A DNA stretch of 56,822 nucleotides from UHGV virus genome UHGV-0014949; one strand, 5' to 3'. A program made the translations under genes and the position numbers. This document shows, one piece after another, positions 1 through 9,301 of the stretch (position 1 is the stretch's first letter; the number at the start of each line of letters is the position of its first letter). Below the pieces are notes generated by a model that saw nothing but the letters and a program-made list of their open reading frames with translations, was not told where the DNA came from and did not search any database. The DNA is from a virus.

Positions 1-274
1 CACCTAAGCCGCATAATTCTGATTTATCGTGCAACCAGCCCCAAACACAAGCATAGGGCGATAGCTTTTTAATATTTCCTTTGGTAAAGCAATATTGCTT
101 GATGTGGTGCGGCTTTAAATCCTCATCTCTATTGGCACTAATTGCGAAAAACTCAGTACGTGGCGTAAGCATTTCTAGGATCTGGATAACCTTGTGGATG
201 CCACCAAGGGAGTGGCAGATAGTTCGATATGGATTTTCATTAATTCTTAGACTGTGTTGGTGGTACTGGTTCAT
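1..274 (-). CDS. partial hypothetical protein (start codon at 272-274, runs off the window start)
   Basis: Minus-strand open frame from ATG (revcomp of cat at 272-274), no stop to position 1. Begins MNQYHQHSLRINENPYRTICHSLGGIHKV. Lies downstream of the minus-strand terminator at 293-316. Absent from the ORF track because truncated. Confidence 0.3.
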   Translation of the reverse strand, partial: MNQYHQHSLRINENPYRTICHSLGGIHKVIQILEMLTPRTEFFAISANRDEDLKPHHIKQYCFTKGNIKKLSPYACVWGWLHDKSELCGLG

Positions 275-292
275 GCTTAAAACTCTTGAACA

Positions 293-316
293 TAAAAACC
301 CAGCACAATGGCTGGG
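293..316 (-). terminator. rho-independent terminator (end of leftward early operon)
   Basis: CCCAGC-acaatg-GCTGGG stem. T-run on the minus strand. Confidence 0.6.
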
Positions 317-335
317 CTATTGATAATAGGGTGGG

Positions 336-821
336 TTATTCGTCAATATCTTTAGCGTTGGCTTGGGATGCTTTGAGTGTTATTTGCTTTAATTCTTTAG
401 CCAAATCATTAGAGTTGATTTTAGGGTTGTGCTTAGAGAGGGCATCATCAATAACCGATTTAAGGCTGTCATTGTCTGTGAGTACCAGTCGCGCTTGTAC
501 CAAGGATAATGCAGCGCGTAAGGCTTCAATATCTTTAACAAGGTCTAGCTGTACCTGCATGTCTTTTGGTTTTTCAAAATAGTAATAATATCCGATAGCA
601 TTTTGCTCCATAGCAAAGCTAAAGCCAGACACAAGCTCAATATCCATGCCTTGTCTTTTGACTTGATTTACAAAACGTCTGGCATATTCAGGCGCAAAAT
701 CATCCATATCGTTAAAGTTATCACGGCTCATAATTGATTCTTCTGGTTGCCCTGATAGCGTGGCCTTATGGATCTGCATGGCATAGTGGATATTTTCAAC
801 ATTTCTACAGTGTTTACACAT
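336..821 (-). CDS. hypothetical protein (161 aa), last gene of the leftward early operon
   Basis: ORF track. Followed on the minus strand by a rho-independent terminator at 293-316. Confidence 0.5.
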   Translation of the reverse strand: MCKHCRNVENIHYAMQIHKATLSGQPEESIMSRDNFNDMDDFAPEYARRFVNQVKRQGMDIELVSGFSFAMEQNAIGYYYYFEKPKDMQVQLDLVKDIEALRAALSLVQARLVLTDNDSLKSVIDDALSKHNPKINSNDLAKELKQITLKASQANAKDIDE

Positions 822-1056
822 TTTTATTAAATCTCTTGGTGGCTAACATGCCACTTTTGTATATATCCCAAGCTTTTTGAATACTGGGATCTGAATAAAC
901 ATATTTTTTGTCGATCCAAGAAGCTGAAAAATCAGCTTGATGGATCTGGTTGATAATTAAGTACGTGTACTGGAAATCACTGATTGATTCGCGGACCACT
1001 GGATTGGTTGACGTGCTGACGGGTACTTGCCACGCCTTCAATTCGATTAAAAACAT
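814..1056 (-). CDS. hypothetical protein (80 aa), overlaps upstream gene by 80 nt
   Basis: ORF track only. Overlap with 977-1267 makes it uncertain. Confidence 0.25.
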   Translation of the reverse strand: MFLIELKAWQVPVSTSTNPVVRESISDFQYTYLIINQIHQADFSASWIDKKYVYSDPSIQKAWDIYKSGMLATKRFNKNV

Positions 1057-1267
1057 CTTCCGGTAAACTCTCCCTGGCTTGTTTGTAGAAAGTGCGGAAA
1101 TAGTTTTGATCCGAACGGTTCACCTTCGATGTGATTTGCTGCTCTACACGTTCAAGCTGGGCGTTAATGGCTGCATCCAGTAATGGATTATTAGAACGGC
1201 GCTTAATCAGATCCTTTTTAGCCTTGGTTAGATCCGTCATGGTCCGTGGCTTTAGATCATCTTTCAT
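977..1267 (-). CDS. hypothetical basic protein (96 aa)
   Basis: ORF track. Stop overlaps the start of 1264-1461 (coupled). Confidence 0.45.
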   Translation of the reverse strand: MKDDLKPRTMTDLTKAKKDLIKRRSNNPLLDAAINAQLERVEQQITSKVNRSDQNYFRTFYKQARESLPEDVFNRIEGVASTRQHVNQSSGPRINQ

Positions 1268-1461
1268 TGTAGAACCTCAAATTTTTCTTTACGGGCCAAA
1301 GTCTGGTTTTTGTGGACCTTGGCGGTTACTGATTTAACCAATAGGTTGTGGCGTGTAACTTTTTGCTGTGCGTCATAGCTACTGGTTGCTTCAACACGGC
1401 CCTTGATTGTGCCGTTTGAATGTACTTTGGCTTCATAAATGAAAATATAAGATTGCTGCAT
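1264..1461 (-). CDS. hypothetical protein (65 aa)
   Basis: ORF track. Packed between the exonuclease gene and downstream genes. Confidence 0.4.
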   Translation of the reverse strand: MQQSYIFIYEAKVHSNGTIKGRVEATSSYDAQQKVTRHNLLVKSVTAKVHKNQTLARKEKFEVLQ

Positions 1462-1465
1462 GTGA

Positions 1466-2161
1466 TTACCCTTTACGATTAATGAGTGCTTTACGCAAAT
1501 TTTTGTCTAAGTCGTCCTGATTCAGTAGCCAGCGAACATAATCAGGGGGCAGATTTACCAGCGCAGTCCCCTTGTACTTTCCAAACGAGATGAAAGTCGG
1601 AATAATCGCCTTCTCAGATGCTTGATAGAGTTCTTCCAGGCTTTTAATTTTTAGCGAATGAATGATGTGTTTCAGGATTGAGCCAGTAAGCAAAATATCT
1701 GCTTTAGCGTTATGGGCATTTTTTAAATACTCACGTGTTTTGTTCTGGTCGCCAGATAGCATGTACGACAGGGTGCTAATCGTATGATTTGGTGCATCCG
1801 GGAATACCATACGTGCCAGAGCAAGTGTGCAAATTGGCTTGTACTGTTCTATATCAATACCGCAGTGCTTTAGTGTTTCTAAGTCATAATCAACCTTATG
1901 GCCGATGACATAGACTGTATCGCTAGGCATCTTGAAAGTTTTATACGAAGGTTTGCCAATCAGATCCGCTTCAATGATGTGATGTACTGACATAGCGCCG
2001 TAGTCAATCGGCTGGTCCACACTGAACAACTCATCAAACAAAGCGGATTTGTCCAGGGCGAACCCTCCCTGCTCAAAAGAGCAAGGAAAGTAAGCGATTT
2101 GAATTGGCAGACCGTTAAGGCTGTTTGTTTCCGTGTCTAAAATAATGGCTTGAGTGTTCAT
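1466..2161 (-). CDS. DnaQ-like DEDDh 3'-5' exonuclease with C-terminal KYKGxxLxxxPxxYxxWL (DUF3820-like) tail
   Basis: Exo I ILDTETNS, Exo II GHKVDYDL and Exo III HNAKADI motifs read in the translation. Confidence 0.7.
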   Translation of the reverse strand: MNTQAIILDTETNSLNGLPIQIAYFPCSFEQGGFALDKSALFDELFSVDQPIDYGAMSVHHIIEADLIGKPSYKTFKMPSDTVYVIGHKVDYDLETLKHCGIDIEQYKPICTLALARMVFPDAPNHTISTLSYMLSGDQNKTREYLKNAHNAKADILLTGSILKHIIHSLKIKSLEELYQASEKAIIPTFISFGKYKGTALVNLPPDYVRWLLNQDDLDKNLRKALINRKG

Positions 2162-3099
2162 TATGCAGCGTCCGTTTCTTTCCAGCGTTTGTTATCTGGG
2201 TCGTAGATGATGTTTAGTTGTGACGCGCAATGCTTCATACCACGCCACATATTTTGATATTGAGGATGCTCAACCTGTAGGGCGAGTTCTTCCATAAGGT
2301 TGTTAAAGTCGCTGGCATACTTCGCGTCATTGCAAATCGTTTGCCAGTGAATCCATGCTTGTTCTCGTTCTGCATGTAGTTTTTGCTCAGGGGTGAGCGT
2401 GTTTAAATGTTCTTTGATATGGGTAATCAAGTCGCCTAGATAGGTCGGCTGATTGGTTATGTCTGGAACTTCGATTGTTCCAAGGTTCGCGCAATCTTTG
2501 GTGTGTAGCGCTTCATCCTTGCCAAATTTAAGAACCTTTCGGTTTTTACCGTTTTTGCCCTTCTCAATGCAGAAGTAAGCCATACAGTCAGATAGGCGAT
2601 AAACTTCCTGACGGTTTTTACCGCCTAGATCTGGGCGTTTAATAACTTCATCGCCGTCCTTGTCCTCAACAGCATGGGCCAGAAACACGACATTCTTGCC
2701 GTAGCCAATCATGCGATTCACAAAACCGCCGAAAAGGTTGTTAGCGATACCAAAAGCATTCTGTTTCAGGCCACCGTCAGACTTCACGTTGTACTGGTTA
2801 CTTGCAACATGGTTTTTAATTACATCGAGCAATCGACCAACCGTATCAATAATGATGGTTTCATACGGAACCAGATCAGCTTCTTCCAGTGAACTTACTT
2901 GATGCCAGTATTCAGCCAATTGCACATCTGAACGGCGCAAAGATCCGGCGCGATATACACCAATATCAGCGTCAATAAGAAGGGCATTGGGGCAAGTCAT
3001 TGCCAGGGATGTTTTACCAATTGAAGGATCGCCGTAGACATACAGCTTGATCGCATTGATCTGGATAGATTCAGTTGGTTTAATTACAGATAGAGCCAT
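2161..3099 (-). CDS. Sak4-like / AAA_24 RecA-family ATPase (phage recombination protein)
   Basis: Walker A GDPSIGKTS near the N-terminus, LLIDAD Walker B-like. 312 aa. Adjacent to the exonuclease, as in phage recombination modules. Confidence 0.65.
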   Translation of the reverse strand: MALSVIKPTESIQINAIKLYVYGDPSIGKTSLAMTCPNALLIDADIGVYRAGSLRRSDVQLAEYWHQVSSLEEADLVPYETIIIDTVGRLLDVIKNHVASNQYNVKSDGGLKQNAFGIANNLFGGFVNRMIGYGKNVVFLAHAVEDKDGDEVIKRPDLGGKNRQEVYRLSDCMAYFCIEKGKNGKNRKVLKFGKDEALHTKDCANLGTIEVPDITNQPTYLGDLITHIKEHLNTLTPEQKLHAEREQAWIHWQTICNDAKYASDFNNLMEELALQVEHPQYQNMWRGMKHCASQLNIIYDPDNKRWKETDAA

Positions 3100-3549
3100 G
3101 ATGTTTCCCCTTCTTATTGTTTATCGAATTTAGAGCCAGAACGATCAGCAGCATGAGCTACCGCATGAACATATTGTTCATGGTGTTCTTGTTCATAATC
3201 GTGGACGCGAAGAAGGCCAAGCATGGCAATGGTCGAGAGGACCATAGAAACGAGATATGCAATCACATTGCGGAAAGTGATATACTTCATGAGTTTTGTA
3301 TCCTATGTGTGTGGATCAAACAGAACGTGAAGGCTTGCCGGCCAACCGTTCAAACTAAGTCAGTGTTGCTATGTGCGGCACTGGCTTTTTTATTACCTCC
3401 CAATAATATATAAATTCATTTATAAAATGCAACAGTTTTCTTATATTTATTTATAATTATATTGGTATTTAGAATTTATGCTTATATGGTTTATATGGAA
3501 AACATAAACAAAAATAAAAATATTTTTAAAATAACTTTCATTAAGCCAA

Positions 3550-3575
3550 TAAAAAGCCCGACTTTAAAAGCCGGG
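3550..3575 (-). terminator. rho-independent terminator downstream of cI
   Basis: GCCCGGC/GTCGGGC stem (one mismatch) followed by TTTTT on the minus strand. Confidence 0.5.
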
Positions 3576-3604
3576 CCTGATATTTGGGGTGTATTTATTT
3601 ATTT

Positions 3605-4330
3605 TTATGGTTTAAGCATATTTACAGCAGCGACCACCACACCCAGCACTTCATAATTTTCTTTTAGTGTTGGGTAAGCTGGGTTGCTTGCTTTTAATTC
3701 ATAAGACTCTACGCCGTCCTCTGAAACATCTGTCACGCAATATTCACGGACATGAAAATCGCTATCTTTATTTTTATTTCCAACAAACACTAGGTCGGTA
3801 GGTGAAGGCTCGACCATTGGATCTACAACAAAGATTGTACCTGGTGCGTATTTCTCTAAAGAGTTGTCCTCTAGTTCAAAAGAAAATGCGGTTCTGGATA
3901 GTTCTTTGCAAATAGGGGTCGTTTCGGAGGAATTGGGCATTATAAAGCTCTGATCTCTTAGATTATGTCTAATCTTGTTTAGGACTTCCGCATTTAGCTT
4001 AGGTACATAAGACACAGTGACTTTACTCAACAATGGATTACGTGCCAGCATTTCGCGCTGTGAGATTTTTTCAGCTAACCGTGGGGAGAAAGCAGAAACA
4101 GGAACTTCTAAGGCTTTAGAAAAAATCAAAGCTGATTCTTCTTTCAATTCTACAGCGCCCTTCAAATAGCTAGACACGTTTGGCTGTGTCCAATCACCAA
4201 GATCAGCAATCGTTCTCTGAGTGAAAGTTAGACCCTTTTGCTTGTCCGCGCTTTTTTTCAGTTCGTAAAGTTCTCTTAGTTTCTCTGCTTCGCTCTGCTT
4301 TACGGCTTCGCGCATGGATCTATCAATCAT
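3605..4330 (-). CDS. cI: CI-like prophage repressor (HTH_XRE N-terminus, S24 LexA-like peptidase C-terminus)
   Basis: HTH LTFTQRTIADLGDWTQPNVSSYLKG. C-terminal GTIFVVDPMVEPSPTDLVFVG ... LKASNPAYPTLKENYEVLGVVVAAV parallels the lambda CI cleavage/dimerisation domain. Divergent from the rightward early operon. Confidence 0.85.
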   Translation of the reverse strand: MIDRSMREAVKQSEAEKLRELYELKKSADKQKGLTFTQRTIADLGDWTQPNVSSYLKGAVELKEESALIFSKALEVPVSAFSPRLAEKISQREMLARNPLLSKVTVSYVPKLNAEVLNKIRHNLRDQSFIMPNSSETTPICKELSRTAFSFELEDNSLEKYAPGTIFVVDPMVEPSPTDLVFVGNKNKDSDFHVREYCVTDVSEDGVESYELKASNPAYPTLKENYEVLGVVVAAVNMLKP

Positions 4331-4439
4331 TAATGGTCACTCCTATTATCGCACCCCTATTTTATAGATACGACTTATGTATTCACAAATATAAATATTC
4401 TTATTGATAAAGTATAAATATGGTAATATTCTAAGCTGG

Positions 4440-4457
4440 TGGCATAACCTTATGCCA
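4440..4457. promoter_or_regulatory. perfect palindrome TGGCATAA-cc-TTATGCCA in cI/early divergent region (candidate operator)
   Basis: 8-2-8 perfect inverted repeat between the divergent cI and the rightward early gene. Confidence 0.45.
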
Positions 4458-4475
4458 CATTTTTGTTTATGAAGT

Positions 4476-4793
4476 GTGAACCTTTTATTCATGATTACCA
4501 TCCCAGCAAAAAAGCAAACGTGTCGTGAAAGCCTAGAAACGGATTTAGAGAAGTTTTTAAAGGCCGGCGGCAAGATTGAGGAAATTCCGTCTGAGGAAAA
4601 GCGCAAAAGTAAGGAAAAGCTGATCAAAACACACCTTTTCTTTTCTGTGCATCACCCTTTCCACTCAAAAAACACTGGTATATCTACAGCACGCTTAAAA
4701 GCAATTCAGCGAACGGTTAGCTGTGCCAGTGATGAGGAAATAGAAACGCTTTGGATCTATTTCCGTTCGCGTGAGTGGTCATTCAATGATTGA
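4476..4793 (+). CDS. first gene of rightward early operon, in the Cro position (no recognisable Cro fold)
   Basis: ORF track (GTG at 4476; ATG alternative at 4491). Divergent from cI across a 145-bp operator region. Confidence 0.4.
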   Translation: MNLLFMITIPAKKQTCRESLETDLEKFLKAGGKIEEIPSEEKRKSKEKLIKTHLFFSVHHPFHSKNTGISTARLKAIQRTVSCASDEEIETLWIYFRSREWSFND

Positions 4794-5235
4794 GATGAAG
4801 CATATAGCAATGCTGATTGCTGAAAGGGCCGCAAAGCGTAGTAACTGCAAAAAGCGTCAGGTGGGTTTTGTTGTATTTAGAGATAAAACCATTTTGGCCG
4901 TAGGTGTAAACCAACATGCAGACGATAAGCCTTGCCAATGTGTTGCTGGTATTCATGATCCGCACGTTATTCATGCTGAAACTGTAATTTGTGATGAATG
5001 GTTCCCAGATTCACAGGCAGTTGTCACTTATGCGCCTTGTATGAGCTGTGCAAATGAACTTGTACCGTCAGGAATTGACGAAATCTCGATTCAGCACGTA
5101 AAGCACCAGGGCGGCATTCATCTTTTAAATCATCACCGCATTGTCACTCACAACGAATGGCTAACGCCGTTGCAGCGTATTCAAGCTGCATGGTTGTTGA
5201 AGTGGACATATAGACAATATGAGGAATATCTCTAA
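4786..5235 (+). CDS. CMP/dCMP (cytidine) deaminase-family zinc enzyme
   Basis: Zinc ligand and catalytic motifs VIHAETVIC (H-A-E) and YAPCMSCANEL (PCxxC). N-terminal KRQVGFVVF ... AVGVNQ matches the dCMP deaminase/ComEB pattern. Confidence 0.7.
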   Translation: MIEMKHIAMLIAERAAKRSNCKKRQVGFVVFRDKTILAVGVNQHADDKPCQCVAGIHDPHVIHAETVICDEWFPDSQAVVTYAPCMSCANELVPSGIDEISIQHVKHQGGIHLLNHHRIVTHNEWLTPLQRIQAAWLLKWTYRQYEEYL

Positions 5236-5925
5236 ATGGCTATTAAGCAAAAACCCAAAAACCGTAAAAAGGCATATAAGCCTAAAAATGTCGGCTTTGT
5301 TCAGAACTCAGCAGAATTTTCGGCATTACGTGGCTTTGATGGTATGGCAAAACACATTGCCAACTTGCCACAGCCTAAAAAATATCATTTGGATATGAAA
5401 TGGGATCTGAAAGACGCAGAAAACACACTCAACCTGTATTGCGCTTTCAATGGTATTGACGAAAACGCTAAAGGTCAGATGCCGTTACACGTATTACAAG
5501 GTGCTTATAAAGGGGATCTGATCATTGCATTACGTGAAAACCTGATTCCAGAATTGCAAAACTTCAAGATTGAAATCACCTGTAAAGCAAGACTGATGGA
5601 TGACCATAGTGTTGTTGTCCCGGTGAAGCCATACCGAGAAAGCTTTGATAACAATCCAATCCCTTACTCGATTTTTATGTCTGGTCTGGAATACGGCAAG
5701 TTCTACCATAAACGCCAGGGCGGTATTAAAACACTATGGAAAGGGCTTACAAAAGAATGGAAGCTTCATTTGGACGAACAATACAGCGATGAGTATGAAA
5801 TCTTTGATTCAAAAGCCACATTGAGCTGTGAAACATATTTCAGGTCCCAGATCTGCGAAGGCATTTTTAATCGATTAAAGGCGGAACGTGCCAAGAAACT
5901 AGCAGAACTAGGGTTAGCGGCATGA
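5236..5925 (+). CDS. hypothetical protein (229 aa)
   Basis: ORF track. Start immediately after the deaminase stop. Confidence 0.5.
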   Translation: MAIKQKPKNRKKAYKPKNVGFVQNSAEFSALRGFDGMAKHIANLPQPKKYHLDMKWDLKDAENTLNLYCAFNGIDENAKGQMPLHVLQGAYKGDLIIALRENLIPELQNFKIEITCKARLMDDHSVVVPVKPYRESFDNNPIPYSIFMSGLEYGKFYHKRQGGIKTLWKGLTKEWKLHLDEQYSDEYEIFDSKATLSCETYFRSQICEGIFNRLKAERAKKLAELGLAA

Positions 5926-6503
5926 TCAGTCGCATGAAGTTTTTTGATCTGGTTCAAGCATATAGATTGGCTACAGGTATAGACGTAAGCCGTTATGCTG
6001 CAAATACGTCATATCTGGCATTACTACAGAACGAAAAGACGGCGCTGGTCAAGCGTATGGAAAAGGCATTTTGTAAGAACGTGGATAATCAGGACTTGAG
6101 AGCGTTTTTAATTAAAAAGCCTGATGTTGATGTAGTTAGAAAGCGAGATCCAAACAAGCCTAAACGTGTTTTTTCGCAAGTGGATTATCTAGGACAGGAT
6201 ATTTTGCTCGAAGTCTTAGACCCGGATCTAAATTTACCAAACAAAGGGGCCACAACCAGACGCGCTTTTAATGAAGGCAAGTTATACATGGTTATGGACT
6301 GCCCTAATCATGGGATTGCTATGCACCGAACATCTGTAGGAACACCGAAGGATGGAGGGGAACGAAAGCATCACCATTATCAAAAGTATTGCTTGCTTTG
6401 CAAAATTGGCAGACAGGCACACCAAGAACGTGCAGATGACGTGCGTACTTTCTTAAAAAATTATTTAGCGTTCCGTGAGCGCGTTAATCAGTCGGCAAGC
6501 TGA
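5922..6503 (+). CDS. hypothetical protein (193 aa) with Cys/His cluster (CPNHG ... HHHYQKYCLLCK)
   Basis: ORF track. ATGA overlap with the upstream gene. Confidence 0.5.
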   Translation: MISRMKFFDLVQAYRLATGIDVSRYAANTSYLALLQNEKTALVKRMEKAFCKNVDNQDLRAFLIKKPDVDVVRKRDPNKPKRVFSQVDYLGQDILLEVLDPDLNLPNKGATTRRAFNEGKLYMVMDCPNHGIAMHRTSVGTPKDGGERKHHHYQKYCLLCKIGRQAHQERADDVRTFLKNYLAFRERVNQSAS

Positions 6504-6534
6504 TCCACCACACACACCACACAGGAATATCAAA

Positions 6535-7035
6535 ATGACACGTATGACCGCAGCAGAAGCAAAAAAACTGGTTAAGAAATCAAATATCACACTAAGAGCA
6601 AAACTATCCCAATTGGGAAGTATTGGGGAAGAAACGCTGGCACGCCACCTACAGGTAAACCAAATTAAATTTAAGCGTGAGTTTCAATTTAACCCAATGA
6701 CAAAGCACCGGGCAGATTTCTACCTACCTGAATATCACTTGCTGGTCGAAGTAGAAGGTGGAACCAAAGGAAAAAGCCGGCACACAACACATAAGGGTTA
6801 TTCAAACGACCTAGATAAATACAACATGGCCCAGATCCTTGGCTTTTCACGTCTGGCATTCACCACAGAACAAGTAAACCAAGGCGCAGCACTACAGACG
6901 ATTGAAATGTTTATTGTGGCTTTCAATGCGCGTAAAGAGAGTGGATTGGTTCCAGAAGCTATAGAGATTGATAACAGCGTACCTGATGCAATCATGGAAG
7001 CGCAGAAGCACAGACCAGGGTACGGAGTTAATTAA
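6535..7035 (+). CDS. DUF559-like (Vsr/PD-(D/E)xK fold) endonuclease-domain protein
   Basis: RADFYLPEYHLLVEVEGG ... HTTHKGYSNDLDKYNMAQILGFSRLAFT matches the DUF559 signature (DF..p...l.iEvDG..H...D..R...L...G..v.RF). Internal Met chosen as start. The printed sequence and the ORF track frame disagree by 1 nt here. Confidence 0.5.
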   Translation: MTRMTAAEAKKLVKKSNITLRAKLSQLGSIGEETLARHLQVNQIKFKREFQFNPMTKHRADFYLPEYHLLVEVEGGTKGKSRHTTHKGYSNDLDKYNMAQILGFSRLAFTTEQVNQGAALQTIEMFIVAFNARKESGLVPEAIEIDNSVPDAIMEAQKHRPGYGVN

Positions 7036-7641
7036 GTGTTAGAGCAGTTTGCAAAGCTAAATGCCAAGACAGCTTCATTCAAAAGCAGCGGTAATGCGCC
7101 GTTGCTTGAAGTGACAGATCTATGTGGTGTATTGGCTTCATTGCCGGATCAACATAGCTGGTACATATACGCAATGATTGAACAGCGCCGCGCTTACAAC
7201 ATGGAATTACTGCACCGGTATTTTAAAGCACTGGTATTACAGGAAATGCGTCAGCGTAAGTTTAAATCAAAGAAGGTTGAGCCTTTAGATTTTGCGTACG
7301 GTGTAACGAAAGCTGTTTTAAACGCTCATTTTCACCCAAGAGGGAAATGTAAGTCATGCCAAGCACTTGGGAAAATATCAGGCATTAAGTGTACGGTGTG
7401 TAGTGGGACAGGGAGAGCAGCGCCAGCACACACATGGTCGGAAAAGGTTAAGTATGGCTTTCCGTTGCGTAAGGATCTGGACAGGAAGTGGTATCACCAA
7501 TCTTGTGGACACTATGATCAGCTTTTAACGTCTACCCTGGCACAGATCCAAATTGACTTAGAAAACGCACTACAGAAAGTAAAAAGACACGCGATCCAAT
7601 ACAGACGCGAAGAAAATGAGAGCTTATTCGATGACCTATGA
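7036..7641 (+). CDS. zinc-finger protein, possible late-gene antiterminator Q-like regulator
   Basis: CKSCQALGKISGIKCTVCSGTGR CxxC-11-CxxC finger. Sits downstream of the early genes and upstream of the accessory, lysis and packaging genes. The call is by position and finger only. Confidence 0.3.
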   Translation: MLEQFAKLNAKTASFKSSGNAPLLEVTDLCGVLASLPDQHSWYIYAMIEQRRAYNMELLHRYFKALVLQEMRQRKFKSKKVEPLDFAYGVTKAVLNAHFHPRGKCKSCQALGKISGIKCTVCSGTGRAAPAHTWSEKVKYGFPLRKDLDRKWYHQSCGHYDQLLTSTLAQIQIDLENALQKVKRHAIQYRREENESLFDDL

Positions 7642-7915
7642 TCTGGATAAGACTATTCGCTTCGGTCAGAAGATCGGCGCAGAAGTTGCCTTTATCTTAA
7701 ACGGTGAGCTTCGCAATTATTACAAGAAGGGCAATAAAGAGAGCAAGCATTGCTGTCTGACCTATACCAATCACAACAATGGCCGGCCATTACGCTGGGA
7801 AAGCGCGAACGAATACCACTGGTCGCGTGTAGTCAATTTCTATAAGGGAATAGGCCACGCCGTTGAATTAATCGAAATACCAGTATTACAGGAATTATAT
7901 GAACATTCAGAATAA
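7616..7915 (+). CDS. hypothetical protein (99 aa; ATG at 7631 likelier start)
   Basis: ORF track. Confidence 0.4.
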   Translation: MRAYSMTYDLDKTIRFGQKIGAEVAFILNGELRNYYKKGNKESKHCCLTYTNHNNGRPLRWESANEYHWSRVVNFYKGIGHAVELIEIPVLQELYEHSE

Positions 7916-8255
7916 AGAAGCCTTGATTGCCGAAATTGAACGATTTAAGGCAGAAGCTTTAAAGATGCACATTATCCAGGTACTTGCTGATTCATACACA
8001 AATACAGACCTTTTTGATTACAACCTTGATTCTGATGGGTCGGTGATTTGGTATAAGGCTCAAGCACGTCAATTATGGGATTTTTGGCGAACCAAATCCC
8101 AAGCAGCACCGGAATTAATCGCCGTTGGTAATAAACTGCAATCATGGATAGCTGGATGGTCGTTTAAAGTAAGCCATGATCGCCATGATTACATTGTTGT
8201 GGAAGCAAACCTTCTTGCTGCAAGAATTGAGAAATTGACAGGGGCGAATGCGTGA
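7899..8255 (+). CDS. hypothetical protein (118 aa)
   Basis: ORF track. Confidence 0.45.
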   Translation: MNIQNKEALIAEIERFKAEALKMHIIQVLADSYTNTDLFDYNLDSDGSVIWYKAQARQLWDFWRTKSQAAPELIAVGNKLQSWIAGWSFKVSHDRHDYIVVEANLLAARIEKLTGANA

Positions 8256-8409
8256 TGAATAACGACCAGATCCAAATTGTAAAGGATGATTTAACGTATA
8301 TTTTAGATTTAGTGGAGAAGGCAGACAGCGAAACAAATCTGAAAGAGCTGATGCTAGACATTCAGGTTATCTGTCACCGCGATATACGCATACTGGGGAA
8401 TATGAAGTG
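8254..8409 (+). CDS. small hypothetical protein (about 51 aa)
   Basis: ATG overlapping the upstream stop. MMNNDQIQIVKDDLTYILDLVEKADSETN... Below the ORF-track size cutoff. Confidence 0.3.
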
Positions 8410-8583
8410 ATTGATTTTATCTTCAAGATCCTTGGACTATGCTCACACCAATGGCAGCCGCCATTTAAAACAGTGCGTCACACCGTATCCGATGGATATA
8501 TCTACACCACGCACCACTGCCGATGTGCCAAATGCGGAAGAATCAAGGGATTTAAGGTTAGATAAAACCATAGGAACACTAAA

Positions 8584-9060
8584 ATGAATGAGTCAAAAGA
8601 AGCCTTCTGTAAATGGAAGGCTGACAAGGGTATTCAATATAACGCTGCTATGGCATGGCAAGCATCCTGGGAACAACAGCAGGTGAAGATAGATGGTCTT
8701 ACGGCACTTGTGGCATACGACACTAAAGTTCAGTCCGAAATGCTCGATAAAATTGATGCGTTAAAGGCCCAGTTATTAAGTGCAGGGTATACAGACAGCG
8801 GCGGCAGCCTTATGAAGCCACCAGTAGGAAAGTCACCCGATTTCACTTTGCTGAATAAGAAGCAAGAGATTATTGACGAGCTTAATATCAAAAATCAGAG
8901 ATACTTGGGCAAGATGCAGGAGCAGCAAAACCAGATTGCAGAATTGAAAAGCAAAGTTGAGGATGCTTTAGCTAAAATAACGATTTATTGGGGTTTCAAT
9001 GATGATGCGGACATTGTTCTGGAAATGATAGAAAAAACCCTAAAGGAAAGCATCCAATGA
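8584..9060 (+). CDS. hypothetical coiled-coil protein (158 aa)
   Basis: ORF track. Heptad-like Q/E/K-rich segments. Confidence 0.5.
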   Translation: MNESKEAFCKWKADKGIQYNAAMAWQASWEQQQVKIDGLTALVAYDTKVQSEMLDKIDALKAQLLSAGYTDSGGSLMKPPVGKSPDFTLLNKKQEIIDELNIKNQRYLGKMQEQQNQIAELKSKVEDALAKITIYWGFNDDADIVLEMIEKTLKESIQ

Positions 9061-9260
9061 TTAAGTTTATAACCGTATGGATTTTGACAGTCACAGTACA
9101 CGATGATTCCTACCATAGATCCAATAACCTACACACCCACTATCAGCTACAGTATGCAACACAGCTAATTTGTGAAAAGCAGCGAAAGAACCACCAGAAG
9201 GAAAGAAGGACGACCCGATGTGACTTTGCTCAAGTTCCGGTGTACGCGCCGTCAAAATAA
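9057..9260 (+). CDS. hypothetical protein (67 aa)
   Basis: ORF track. ATGA-coupled to the upstream gene. Confidence 0.35.
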   Translation: MIKFITVWILTVTVHDDSYHRSNNLHTHYQLQYATQLICEKQRKNHQKERRTTRCDFAQVPVYAPSK

Positions 9261-9301
9261 TTGGTATGATCATTTAACAAGCAAATACGGCATTTAAAGA
9301 A

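Noticed and set aside
81-323. Plus-strand 80 aa ORF in the ORF track
   Set aside because: It lies antisense to the partial minus-strand ORF (1-274) and spans the minus-strand terminator at 293-316. No ribosome-binding site. Likely a shadow ORF.
3117-3413. Plus-strand 98 aa ORF after the Sak4-like gene
   Set aside because: Low-complexity, odd composition. An antisense 58-codon minus-strand ORF (3119-3293, MKYITFRNVIAYLVSMVLSTIAMLGLL ... His-rich) is at least as plausible. Neither is convincing, so both were left out of the feature list.
8142-8361. Two minus-strand 64-65 aa ORFs
   Set aside because: They overlap plus-strand genes of the tightly packed early operon on the opposite strand, with no independent signals.
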